Shown: piece after piece, positions 1 through 8,734 of the stretch
Position numbering within the stretch: the first letter of the stretch is position 1
Layout: every line of letters starts with the position of its first letter
Origin: Acidimicrobiia bacterium
Lineage (GTDB): Bacteria; Actinomycetota; Acidimicrobiia; Spongiisociales; ZC4RG35
Length of the DNA stretch: 64,000 nt
NCBI GenBank assembly: GCA_965203555.1
Contig: CBDBCY010000004.1
Span: 576,001-640,000, forward strand
Direction: 5' to 3'
Program-made: the position numbers and the translations under genes
The notes under the pieces: model-generated
What the model was told of the DNA's origin: nothing
Database searches by the model: none
Seen by the model: only the letters and a program-made list of their open reading frames with translations

Positions 1-93
1 GCCGCCATCTGGCACAACGAAACCACTCAACGTCCAAGACCAACCCGCTCCCTTATCGCATACGACCACTAACCCTTGGAACTACCCATCTAG
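1..93 (+). mobile_element. 3' end of IS982-family transposase (partial) and right terminus
   Basis: Frame +1 reads AAIWHNETTQRPRPTRSLIAYDH* (stop ends at 72), matching the C-terminus I recognise from actinobacterial IS982 transposases, followed by CCCTTGGAACTACCCATCTAG; a near-identical end occurs at about 26280-26318. Confidence 0.75.
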
Positions 94-393
94 TTCTTCG
101 GGTAGGCGGGAAAGGATGTTCTCTCTTTCTGAAGCGCTCATCTGGGCCAAGAGCCTCGCGGAAACATGTGCGGGCAGATGAAGGATGTCGTCAATCCGGC
201 CTTCTGGGGAGAGATTGAAGAACATACCATCCGCCAGAGAGGTCACCCATGCGATCTCCTCGGGAGTGAGTGGGCGGCTGTCTATGTTCTCAAAATCCTC
301 GCTCGGATCTTCGCAGCGAGCAATGATCTCAGCGTCCTCGCGGAGGGCGGCGATCTCAGCATCTGTCATTCTTGCCAGCATTTCGCCAGCCAT
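82..393 (-). CDS. hypothetical protein, possibly truncated by the IS (weak MgtE-N-like helical repeat)
   Basis: 103-aa ORF whose stop codon lies inside the IS end; segment LLAQMSASERENILSRLPEE. Confidence 0.4.
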   Translation of the reverse strand: MAGEMLARMTDAEIAALREDAEIIARCEDPSEDFENIDSRPLTPEEIAWVTSLADGMFFNLSPEGRIDDILHLPAHVSARLLAQMSASERENILSRLPEELDG

Positions 394-1118
394 TTCCCTT
401 CAGAACATCTTCGCCCATACTTCACAGCATAAACGGATGCTCAAGTGGGCGGGTCTCGATATCGCAAAACATGGGCGGATGGTGCTGGTCGTGGATGCAT
501 GGGGCAGGGCAACCTTGTCGGGGGGAATCCCTCAGGCTCGCCCGGGCCTTATGCAAGGGGGCTGTCCTGGCAACACAACCAGACACACGGCCTCAAGTGG
601 GTGCCCACTTATGGTATTTCAACCGTGGCGACCCCCCCCCCCGATTAAATCGTGGTGCCCCCACGCGACCCGCTGCTTAGCCCCAGGTCAGAGGTGGTCG
701 CCAACAAGCCGCCTTGGCAATTTGGCCACTTTTTCAAAATTTGTTGGCCAGTTAGCGGGCCAGTTTTGTCCGGGTTTTGGCGTTGCAGACGTTTCAAGCC
801 ACTCCGACAGGGTGTTTTGGTCCAGCCGACCACTTCTGTTGGGGGTGGCGAGGTGTGAGGGTTCGCTGTTTCGGGCGCGCTGAGGCGGCTCTTCTGATTT
901 TAGGTTTATTTCCGGTACTTCCACCAGAGGCAAGACCTCTATGGGTTCTTTGAGTACCGATTCAACATCGTAGACGTGATGCCGCCCCTGAGCGCCGACT
1001 GGGTTATGTCAGGCTGATATATTGCAAATGGCGGTATAGGTCGGGTCGCCCGAAATTGCAATTCAGCCCAAGACTCGTCCGTACTGACAAGCTCAAAGGA
1101 GCACCGCAGTGGCCCCGG

Positions 1119-2222
1119 TCACTTCAGAACGGCGCGCTCCCACAGGCGCCAGGCATTCTCGATTCGACCTTGGCGGACTCCGTACAACTTGCTGACCGAT
1201 GCCAGAACCCCGTCGCATGAGTTCGGGATGATGGTGACCAGGTCTCCTATGCGAGGCTGTGCTGATCCTGGCGGGAGTTCTACCACTGCGTGCTCCGTGT
1301 AGAGACGGGTCACTTGAGCCTGCGGATGCTCCAGAATGTGCCCGTAGGTGGACCGGGCGGGATTCTCATTATTGGAAAGGATCCGCCATCCGACGTCGAG
1401 GACCATGCGGGCGGTGTTCGGTCGACTGACCACCGTGCTGACCACCCGCAGCGCACAGTCCTCATAGGTCACCAGTCCGAAGTCGACTTTGGTGGTGTCG
1501 TAGAACGAGTAATTGCCGGGTCGAGCCTCGGTGACGGTGCTCGGTGGGCAATCCGGCCAGGCGCGCATGGCGAACACCGTTCCGCCGACGCTCACCGAAG
1601 GGACATCCACTCCAGCGCGGGCGAGTTGGGACACGGCTTCTGCCAGAAGAGCTTCGCTTCGGTCGATGTCGGGACATTTCGGATTGCCACCCAAGTAAGC
1701 GGCAAGCCCGCCGAACTCCAGGTACGGCGCTCGGGCTACCTTGATGGCGAGTGCGGCAACCAGGCCAGGATCGGTGAACCCGGTGCGGGCGCCGCCGATG
1801 TCACACTCCACGTACACGCAGGCCTTGCTGCCAGAACCGCTCGCAATCCCCGACAGCGCATCGATGCCTTCGTTCGAGTCCGCGGTAATCGCCACGGCAG
1901 CTCGGGCCTGAAGCTCCATGAGGCGGCCCAGTTTCCTGCCGTCCACCAGCGAGTTGGTAAGCATGATGTCCTCAAAACCTGCCGCCACCATGGTCTCCAC
2001 TTCCTGAAGGGTCTGGCAGGCGATTCCCACTGCGCCCGCCGTGGCCTGCAGGCGGCCGAGTTCGGGGATGCGGTGTACCTTGATGTGCGGGCGAAGGGCG
2101 ATCCGGCTCTCCTTCAGCTTGCGGTGCAGGGCGACTGTGTTGGCCTCGACTGCATCGAGCATCACCATGGCGTACGGCGTTGTGAGGGTGTCGAGGGTCG
2201 GACCAGAGATACGGGCCTCTAT
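1119..2222 (-). CDS. alanine racemase-fold PLP enzyme (D-threonine aldolase/DSD1-like); start uncertain
   Basis: LTTPYAMVMLD, RPHIK (PLP Lys), EARPGNYSFYD, VVSTVVSRP and EHAVV motifs; the ORF is open to 2339 but overlaps fur. Confidence 0.8.
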   Translation of the reverse strand: MEARISGPTLDTLTTPYAMVMLDAVEANTVALHRKLKESRIALRPHIKVHRIPELGRLQATAGAVGIACQTLQEVETMVAAGFEDIMLTNSLVDGRKLGRLMELQARAAVAITADSNEGIDALSGIASGSGSKACVYVECDIGGARTGFTDPGLVAALAIKVARAPYLEFGGLAAYLGGNPKCPDIDRSEALLAEAVSQLARAGVDVPSVSVGGTVFAMRAWPDCPPSTVTEARPGNYSFYDTTKVDFGLVTYEDCALRVVSTVVSRPNTARMVLDVGWRILSNNENPARSTYGHILEHPQAQVTRLYTEHAVVELPPGSAQPRIGDLVTIIPNSCDGVLASVSKLYGVRQGRIENAWRLWERAVLK

Positions 2223-2695
2223 CCAGTCTCGTGGGGGTGGTGATGGCCGTTCTGAGGGTCGCAGTCCTCGCAGAACCCCAGGAATGCGAAGTGGTGAGGA
2301 TTGGTTTGGAATCCGTACTTGCTCCGGAGGAAATCGCAAAAGGGAGCAAACTCGTCGTGGGGTATCTCGATGGTCTTGCCGCAGCTTTCACACACCAGGT
2401 GCTCGTGGTCGTGGCTCAACGTGATGTGCCACCTTCCGGACTGACCGTTTCTCAGCGGAATGTGGTGTACCAACCCGATTTCGGACAGATCGTCGAGGAT
2501 GCGATAAACGGTGGATGCTTCTATCCGGCCGGCGCTCTCCAGGACGTGGTCGATGATCATGCGGGCGCTGACAAAGGGCTCATCACTGGCTACCAGGGCG
2601 CGAACCACCGCTCTGCGGGGGAGAGTCAAGCGCAATCCGGCCTCCCGGATTCTCTTGATCACCAAGTCTTCAGTCAAAACCTCTTCATTGCCCAT
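2219..2695 (-). CDS. fur: Fur-family transcriptional regulator (Zur/Nur-like)
   Basis: GLRLTLPRRAV, STVYRIL, HDHEHLVCESCG, GFCEDC; His-rich tail. Confidence 0.9.
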   Translation of the reverse strand: MGNEEVLTEDLVIKRIREAGLRLTLPRRAVVRALVASDEPFVSARMIIDHVLESAGRIEASTVYRILDDLSEIGLVHHIPLRNGQSGRWHITLSHDHEHLVCESCGKTIEIPHDEFAPFCDFLRSKYGFQTNPHHFAFLGFCEDCDPQNGHHHPHETG

Positions 2696-2710
2696 TGCGC
2701 TTGGCGCATT

Positions 2711-2742
2711 ATAGCAAATGCATATTGCGCCTATTGCAATTT
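2711..2742. promoter_or_regulatory. AT-rich near-palindrome upstream of fur, candidate autoregulatory operator
   Basis: GCAAATGCATATTGC near-palindrome plus ATTGCAATT, about 15-45 nt upstream of the fur start. Confidence 0.4.
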
Positions 2743-2852
2743 ACTGTTATCAGAAAGGTTCTCTGACTTTCTCTCAGCATTGGCAGACCACCGTCGCCCC
2801 GACAATTGGGCTCTGTCCGAGGATCAGTGGGTCTCCGCCTGCGCCCACCCAT

Positions 2853-3968
2853 CTATCGGCGAAAACGCGCCGGATGGACCATCGCCGGATTCACCCCGGC
2901 TTCCATCAGTTCGTCGGGTAACCCGGCACCCGTGACCTGGCTCGCCAGTAGAGCCCCGTATGCGGGGGATGTCCGGATGCCGGTTCCCCCTTGGCCGACC
3001 AGCCAAAAGAAGCCCGGCGCCGTCGGATCCTCGCCGACCACCAACTCCCGGTCCGCAGCGAAAGTGCGCAGACCCGTCCATTCGGAGTTGACCGAGCGTA
3101 TCCCCAGAGTGGTTGCCCGGTTGATCGATTCGACGGCGCGGGCCACGTCTTCGGGTCGTGGCCTCGTGTCCATGGGCGCAGACAACACCTCTTCGGCACA
3201 GGAACAGAGCAGTTGGCGCCCGTCGGGTTTGAAGTAAAAGCGCCGGTCGGCGTCCACCACCATCGGCCAGTGGGCGTACTCGGACCGACCGGTGACCATG
3301 AATACGGTGCGGCGAAACGGCTTGAGGCCGATCGGCGCCACTCCTGCCATCGCTGCCACATGATCTCCCCACGCTCCCGCCGCGTTGATGAGCACCCGGC
3401 ACTCCATACGAACCCCTCCCGCCGTGACAGTCCAACCGCCCGGTGTGCGATCGACAGCGGTGACCGCCGCTGCGGTCCGCGCCTCCACGTCGTGCCGGCG
3501 TGCGATCCGGACAAAGGCCTGGTGGAGGCCCGCCACGTTGAGATCCCGGGCCGTCGGCTCGTAAAGACCTCCCGCCACCCGCTCCGGCCTCATCGCCGGA
3601 ACCATATCCGTCACTTCCCTGCCCGAGAGAAGCTGCAAACCGGTAACCGAGGGATCCGTTCCTCCTCCGACCGTCTCCAGACGGGGCATCTGGCCCTCGT
3701 CCGCCACCCGCATCAACCCTCGATCGGTCAGCAGTGGCGCGTCTGTCGAGCCCGGAGGGGGGTTCTCCAGAAAGCGTCGGCTAGCCCGGGCCAGCGACCG
3801 GGGACCGGGGTCCGGGTAGTGGATACGAAACATCGCCGCCGAGCGTCCGGTGGCGTGATAGCTCAGCACCGACTCCATCTCCAGCAGGACCACCGACCCG
3901 TAAGGACCCAGGTGTGCTGCGGCCGAGACACCGGCGATCCCCCCGCCGATCACAACGAAGTCGATCAC
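2853..3968 (-). CDS. FAD-dependent oxidoreductase (DadA/D-amino acid oxidase family)
   Basis: VIGGGIAG dinucleotide-binding motif, HATGRSAA, INAAGAWGD, WTGLR, GQGGTGI; GTG start after GGAGA. Confidence 0.9.
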   Translation of the reverse strand: MIDFVVIGGGIAGVSAAAHLGPYGSVVLLEMESVLSYHATGRSAAMFRIHYPDPGPRSLARASRRFLENPPPGSTDAPLLTDRGLMRVADEGQMPRLETVGGGTDPSVTGLQLLSGREVTDMVPAMRPERVAGGLYEPTARDLNVAGLHQAFVRIARRHDVEARTAAAVTAVDRTPGGWTVTAGGVRMECRVLINAAGAWGDHVAAMAGVAPIGLKPFRRTVFMVTGRSEYAHWPMVVDADRRFYFKPDGRQLLCSCAEEVLSAPMDTRPRPEDVARAVESINRATTLGIRSVNSEWTGLRTFAADRELVVGEDPTAPGFFWLVGQGGTGIRTSPAYGALLASQVTGAGLPDELMEAGVNPAMVHPARFRR

Positions 3969-4059
3969 CGGCCACTCTCCCGGGTAATGCCTTCGGTGAG
4001 CCGCTCCGCACTGCGAGATAATGATGGACCCCTCTGCGTCGGGGGGTCGGCCAGGTAGA

Positions 4060-5388
4060 TCACCGGGCCGCCAGTGTCCCCGACGCGATCGCGGCGGTGG
4101 CTCGAAGGAAAGAGTCGACTTCGGCCGCAGTGGTGTAATGACAGGTCGACACCCGTATGACCGGACCACAGCCGAGCGCCTCCAGGACCCGCCCCGAATA
4201 CACGTCCAGGTTCCGAGCCCTCACCGCGATGCCGGCTTGTTGGTACATCTCTGCGGCGGTGTTCGCGTCAACCGCGTCAAAGCTGAGAATCATTATGCAG
4301 ATTCGGTTCCCGATGCCGTCCGAACTTCCGTGGGTGCGCACTCCGGTAATGTGCGCCAGCCCCGGCGTGGCGTCCGTGCCGTGCCGGAACCGATCGAGGA
4401 GGAAGACATCATGCCGGGCGGTAGCCTGCATGGCGATCAGGACTGCTTGGCGGCGCTCGGCCGGATCACCCAACTGCTTACCCAGCCACTCCAGGTAGTC
4501 AACCACCTTGTCCCAGGCTGCATAGGTGGCGTCCTCCATGGAGCCCAACTTCCAGGCATGGGCCGGCGCTGCCTCGAATTTCCAGTGCGGCAGGGTCGCA
4601 AGCCGGTCCGACAGGACACCGAACCCGATGCCTTTGATCCCGAACACTTTGTATGGCGCGAATACGTAGGCGTCGACGCCCAACTGCAGGACATCCACCG
4701 GACGGTGAGCCGCGTACTGGACACCATCGACGATTGTGACCGCGTCGGGGTTCCGGGCCCGCGCACCGGCGGCGATCTCCGCCACATCCACCACCGCCCC
4801 CGTGTCATTGGAGGCGTGGGTGACCACCACCACATCGGTCCGCTCGTCGACCAGAGTCAGCACACTGTCGGCTGATACTCTGCCCGTGTCGGGGTCCAGC
4901 CGGGCTACGCGAACCTGCTTTTGGAACTGACGGCCAAAGAATTGCGCCGCATCGAATGCCGCTGGATGATCCAGTTCAGTGGTGACGATGTTGTCGCCCT
5001 CACCCCCGGCCGTGGCGGCGCCGACGGCGCGGAAGATGGCATGCACCGCGCTCATCGCCGGCATGACCACCCGGTCCCCGGCGTTGAGAAAGTCACGGAC
5101 CGACGCGATGCCGCTCTCTATCGAGGCGCCGGCCCGCAATGATCCCGGGCTGGGACGCCCAATGGCGTCAGGCCATCGGCTCCTCCGCGCCAGGGCGCCA
5201 ACTGCCTCCTTCAGACGCAGAGAACCTGCCGCCGAGTCCAGAAACACACGGCGACCTGACAGAGGATCCCGGTCTGCGTAGTGAAACCGGTCCCGTATCT
5301 GCGCCAGGATCTGCGGATCGAATGGCTTCGGTCTTGTCACTGGACCTCCGGTTTCAGCACGATTGGCGATTGGCGTCGCAGTGTTCAT
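4060..5388 (-). CDS. class V aminotransferase / cysteine desulfurase-like PLP enzyme
   Basis: FLDSAAGS, ELDHPA, HASNDTG, VDGVQY, FAPYKVFG (PLP Lys), IRVSTCHY; alternative GTG start at 5340. Confidence 0.85.
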   Translation of the reverse strand: MNTATPIANRAETGGPVTRPKPFDPQILAQIRDRFHYADRDPLSGRRVFLDSAAGSLRLKEAVGALARRSRWPDAIGRPSPGSLRAGASIESGIASVRDFLNAGDRVVMPAMSAVHAIFRAVGAATAGGEGDNIVTTELDHPAAFDAAQFFGRQFQKQVRVARLDPDTGRVSADSVLTLVDERTDVVVVTHASNDTGAVVDVAEIAAGARARNPDAVTIVDGVQYAAHRPVDVLQLGVDAYVFAPYKVFGIKGIGFGVLSDRLATLPHWKFEAAPAHAWKLGSMEDATYAAWDKVVDYLEWLGKQLGDPAERRQAVLIAMQATARHDVFLLDRFRHGTDATPGLAHITGVRTHGSSDGIGNRICIMILSFDAVDANTAAEMYQQAGIAVRARNLDVYSGRVLEALGCGPVIRVSTCHYTTAAEVDSFLRATAAIASGTLAAR

Positions 5389-5589
5389 CCTCCCGGCCTG
5401 CGGTGGGCCACGACGCCGACCTTTACCGACAGCAGCGATGGGAATCCCTTCGCGAGCATAAGGTGGAGCGACAGGTCCCGGAAACATCGAATAAAATCAG
5501 CCCGAAAGCCTAAACAACACTACTTGCAACTGTAACCTGACAGAAACAAAGTGACATGCAACAGCAGTCACACGCAAAACGGAGGAAAA

Positions 5590-6894
5590 GTGGAAGAGCA
5601 GGAATCAGACCACCGACACGATGGCGCCACCCACTCTCATTCTGATGGCCACGATCACGATCACCCCCACGGCCACAGCGACAGCCACCCCGACGATCAC
5701 GGACAGCCCCACGATCACGGCCACCCCCACAGTGACGATCACGGCCACTCCCATGGCCACGATCACGGCCACCCCCACGATCAGGGTTCGTTCTGGTCAG
5801 GGCTGAAGCACGGACTGAGCGAGTTGTTCGGGACCCACTCCCATGATCATGCCGATTCAATAGACACCGCACTGGAAAGCAGCCGTCGCGGGATCAGGGC
5901 ATTGGTTATCTCCTTCACCGGGTTGATGGTGACCGCCTTGATCCAGTCAGTGCTCGTCTTGGTTACCGGCTCGGTGTCGCTGATCGCCGACACCATTCAC
6001 AATTTCTCAGACGCGCTCACCGCCGTGCCGCTCTTCATCGCCTTCCGGATGGGGAGGAGAGCCGCGACCCGTCGCTACACCTACGGGTACCGCCGTGCTG
6101 AGGACATTGCCGGTCTGTTCATCGTGCTGATGATCCTCACATCGGCGATCGTGGCGATCTGGGAGTCGGTTGACCGGCTCTTCAATCCACGAGAACTCGA
6201 ACACCTCGGCATTCTGTTCGGGGCAGGAGTAATCGGTTTCCTCGGCAACGAACTTGTAGCCATATATCGCATTCGCGTCGGCAGGCAGATCGGCTCGGCG
6301 GCTCTGGTCGCCGACGGTCGCCACGCCCGCGCCGACGGATTCACATCGCTGGCGGTGGCGGCCAGCGCGGTGGGCGTCTGGATGGGATTCGAGCGCGCCG
6401 ACCCGATCGCCGGCATCATCGTCGGCATCATCATCCTTCGGATCCTGTGGTCGGCAGCACGCGACATTTACTGGCGGCTCATGGACGCGGTCGACCCGAA
6501 GCATGTCGAGGAGATCGAGAATGTCGCAATCAAGATCGACGGCGTGCTAACCGTAAACAACTGCCAGGTGAGGTGGATGGGCCATCGTCTCCGCGCTGAT
6601 ATCTCGATCGGCGTCGACTCAAGGCTCTCGGTGGGAGAGGGACACTCCGTTGGGGATGGTGTGCAGCAGACTCTCCAACGTCAAGTGCGGTTCTTGGATG
6701 AAGCGTTCGTTCACGTCGAGGCCATTGACCTGGTCAAATTCAGAGAGTCCGCTCGATTCGATGAGAAAATCGACTCTTCCATCGCAAACGCAGTCTCCCA
6801 ACCATCCACAACCACCAGATCACCGACCGAGGACAACCCGATGGACGACCTCGCTGTGGAGAGCACCCACAACAAGACGTTTGATCCTGACTAA
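5590..6894 (+). CDS. cation diffusion facilitator (CDF) transporter with His-rich N-terminus
   Basis: GSVSLIADTIHNFSD, YTYGYRRAED, ADGRHARAD; GGAGG RBS before GTG at 5590. Confidence 0.92.
   Translation: MEEQESDHRHDGATHSHSDGHDHDHPHGHSDSHPDDHGQPHDHGHPHSDDHGHSHGHDHGHPHDQGSFWSGLKHGLSELFGTHSHDHADSIDTALESSRRGIRALVISFTGLMVTALIQSVLVLVTGSVSLIADTIHNFSDALTAVPLFIAFRMGRRAATRRYTYGYRRAEDIAGLFIVLMILTSAIVAIWESVDRLFNPRELEHLGILFGAGVIGFLGNELVAIYRIRVGRQIGSAALVADGRHARADGFTSLAVAASAVGVWMGFERADPIAGIIVGIIILRILWSAARDIYWRLMDAVDPKHVEEIENVAIKIDGVLTVNNCQVRWMGHRLRADISIGVDSRLSVGEGHSVGDGVQQTLQRQVRFLDEAFVHVEAIDLVKFRESARFDEKIDSSIANAVSQPSTTTRSPTEDNPMDDLAVESTHNKTFDPD
5630..5785 (+). repeat. imperfect 6/18-nt tandem repeats encoding a His-Asp-His-Gly-His-Pro tract
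   Basis: Recurrent CACGATCACGGCCACCCC-like units. Confidence 0.8.
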
Positions 6895-6905
6895 GGAGGA
6901 TCACT

Positions 6906-8651
6906 ATGAACCTAAGGAACAAGAAGCCCCAATGGGCGCGCTGGCTGGCTTACATCGCCGTCTTCGCCCTGATCGCCGCGGCATGTGGCGACGACGAACC
7001 AGCGCCGACGGCGGCGCCAACCACCACCGAAGCGGAAGCCCCCGCCACCACCGAAGCGGAAGCCCCCGCCACCACGGCTCCCATGGAGGAGGCCGAGGAA
7101 CTGCGGGCGGTACCGACGCTACGGATTATCACGAAGACGGCCGCTGAGGGACCACCCCGATACGAACAGGCCCGATTGATTGCCGAGTCGTGGACCGCCG
7201 GAGGCATTCCGGCCGAGATCGAGCCGGTCGAAAGCTCGGAACTGGGACGGCGTGGCTTCACGGTCAAGGACTTTGATGTCTACATCATCATCTACGACCC
7301 GACCACCGACCGCCTGGATCCGGAAAACTTCCTGGCCCGGTTTACCACCGGCAAGGCGGTTATAGACGGATCCAACCTCTCCGGCTACATCAACCCCGCC
7401 TATGACGAGCTTTACCAGGCTCAGGTCAATGCCACCAGCTTCGAGGAGCGGCTTGTCGCGGTGCACGAGATGCAGCAACTCCTCTTCGATCATCAGCCGG
7501 TGGCGCCCTTCATACACATCGTGATCGGTGGGGCCTACAACAGCGCCGACTGGACGAACTTCGTCAAGTCGGTGGGCACACCCGTCTATCACTTCTGGAA
7601 CGCGATCAGCCTGACTCCGGTCGGCGATCCCGAGCCGCTGGTTATCGGCGTAACGTCCGGGGCGCAGACGCTCAACCCGGTGGTTGCGGCCACATCGGAG
7701 GCGGCCGTCACCATCGCTCACATGTACGACCCGCTGCTCCGCATCGGGCCTGGCGGTGACCTGGTCAACTGGGCGGCTTCGGACTATTCGATCGAAGGAT
7801 CCACTGTGAGCGTGACGTTGCGGGACGGCATGACGTTCCATGACGGCGAACCGGTGACCGGAGAAGACGTGGCCTTCACCTTCAACTACCTGGTCGAGAA
7901 GGAATCCCCCCTGTACGGAGGACGCCTGGGGCCGGTCGAGTCGGTGACGGCCGACGGCAACAACGTGGAGATCACCCTGTCAGCGCCCAATGCAGCCTTC
8001 GCCACCACGGCGCTGGCGCAGGTCCCGATCCTTCCCGAGCACGTCTGGTCGGCCATCGATGACCCGTCGGCGTTTGCCAATGACGAGCCGATCGGTTCCG
8101 GTCCGTTCAAGTTCGAATCGAGAGCACTCGGTGAGGACCTGCGGTTGGCCGCACATACCGATCACTTCAGCCCGCCGGCCGCACCCGGCCTGGTTTGGGT
8201 CGTGTTCGGAAGCCTGGACGGATTGCTGGCCGCAATCGAGACCCAGGAGATCGACGTTCTCGGCGACTTCGTCAGCTTGACCCAGCTTTCCCTGCTGGAA
8301 GGCGTCGAGGGAGTTTCTATCGAGTCGAACACCGGCCACGGTGTGAACGCCCTGCACTACAACATGCGGCGCGAGCCCTTCTGTGACCTGCATATGCGGA
8401 TCGCGCTGTCGCACCTGGTTCCCACCGAGGACATGATCGACATCGTTTACGAGGGCGTGGCGGCGGTCTCCAGGGGAATCATCGCTCCTCCGTTGTGGGC
8501 CAATCCCGACGTGGGACCCGTCCCCTACGACCCCGACGCGGCTCGCTCCCACCTGGAAGCTGCCGGGTATGTGTTCGGTGACGACGGCACCCTCTACTAT
8601 CCACCGTCAGACGCCGACAATCGAGACATGAGCTTCTGCGCATCGTCATAG
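6906..8651 (+). CDS. ABC transporter substrate-binding lipoprotein (family 5, Dpp/Opp/Nik)
   Basis: Lipobox LIAAAC, LRDGMTFHDGEPVTGEDVAFTF, PIGSGPFK; AAGGAGG RBS. Confidence 0.92.
   Translation: MNLRNKKPQWARWLAYIAVFALIAAACGDDEPAPTAAPTTTEAEAPATTEAEAPATTAPMEEAEELRAVPTLRIITKTAAEGPPRYEQARLIAESWTAGGIPAEIEPVESSELGRRGFTVKDFDVYIIIYDPTTDRLDPENFLARFTTGKAVIDGSNLSGYINPAYDELYQAQVNATSFEERLVAVHEMQQLLFDHQPVAPFIHIVIGGAYNSADWTNFVKSVGTPVYHFWNAISLTPVGDPEPLVIGVTSGAQTLNPVVAATSEAAVTIAHMYDPLLRIGPGGDLVNWAASDYSIEGSTVSVTLRDGMTFHDGEPVTGEDVAFTFNYLVEKESPLYGGRLGPVESVTADGNNVEITLSAPNAAFATTALAQVPILPEHVWSAIDDPSAFANDEPIGSGPFKFESRALGEDLRLAAHTDHFSPPAAPGLVWVVFGSLDGLLAAIETQEIDVLGDFVSLTQLSLLEGVEGVSIESNTGHGVNALHYNMRREPFCDLHMRIALSHLVPTEDMIDIVYEGVAAVSRGIIAPPLWANPDVGPVPYDPDAARSHLEAAGYVFGDDGTLYYPPSDADNRDMSFCASS
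7021..7075 (+). repeat. 24-nt tandem duplication in the lipoprotein linker (TTEAEAPA x2)
   Basis: CCACCACCGAAGCGGAAGCCCCCG twice, then a partial third copy. Confidence 0.85.
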
Positions 8652-8671
8652 GCGTCGTCTGAATAGCATCT

Positions 8672-8710
8672 GGGGTAGGCAGCCACCCGGCTGCCTACCC
8701 CGTTTTTATT
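8672..8710 (+). terminator. stem-loop / intrinsic terminator after the substrate-binding protein gene
   Basis: GGGGTAGGCAGCC-ACCC-GGCTGCCTACCCC perfect 13-bp stem followed by GTTTTTATT. Confidence 0.8.
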
Positions 8711-8734
8711 CGATAGGAATCAAGAGGGATTTAG

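Noticed and set aside
5630-5785. Repeat array as CRISPR or ncRNA
   Set aside because: It is an in-frame low-complexity His tract of the CDF gene.
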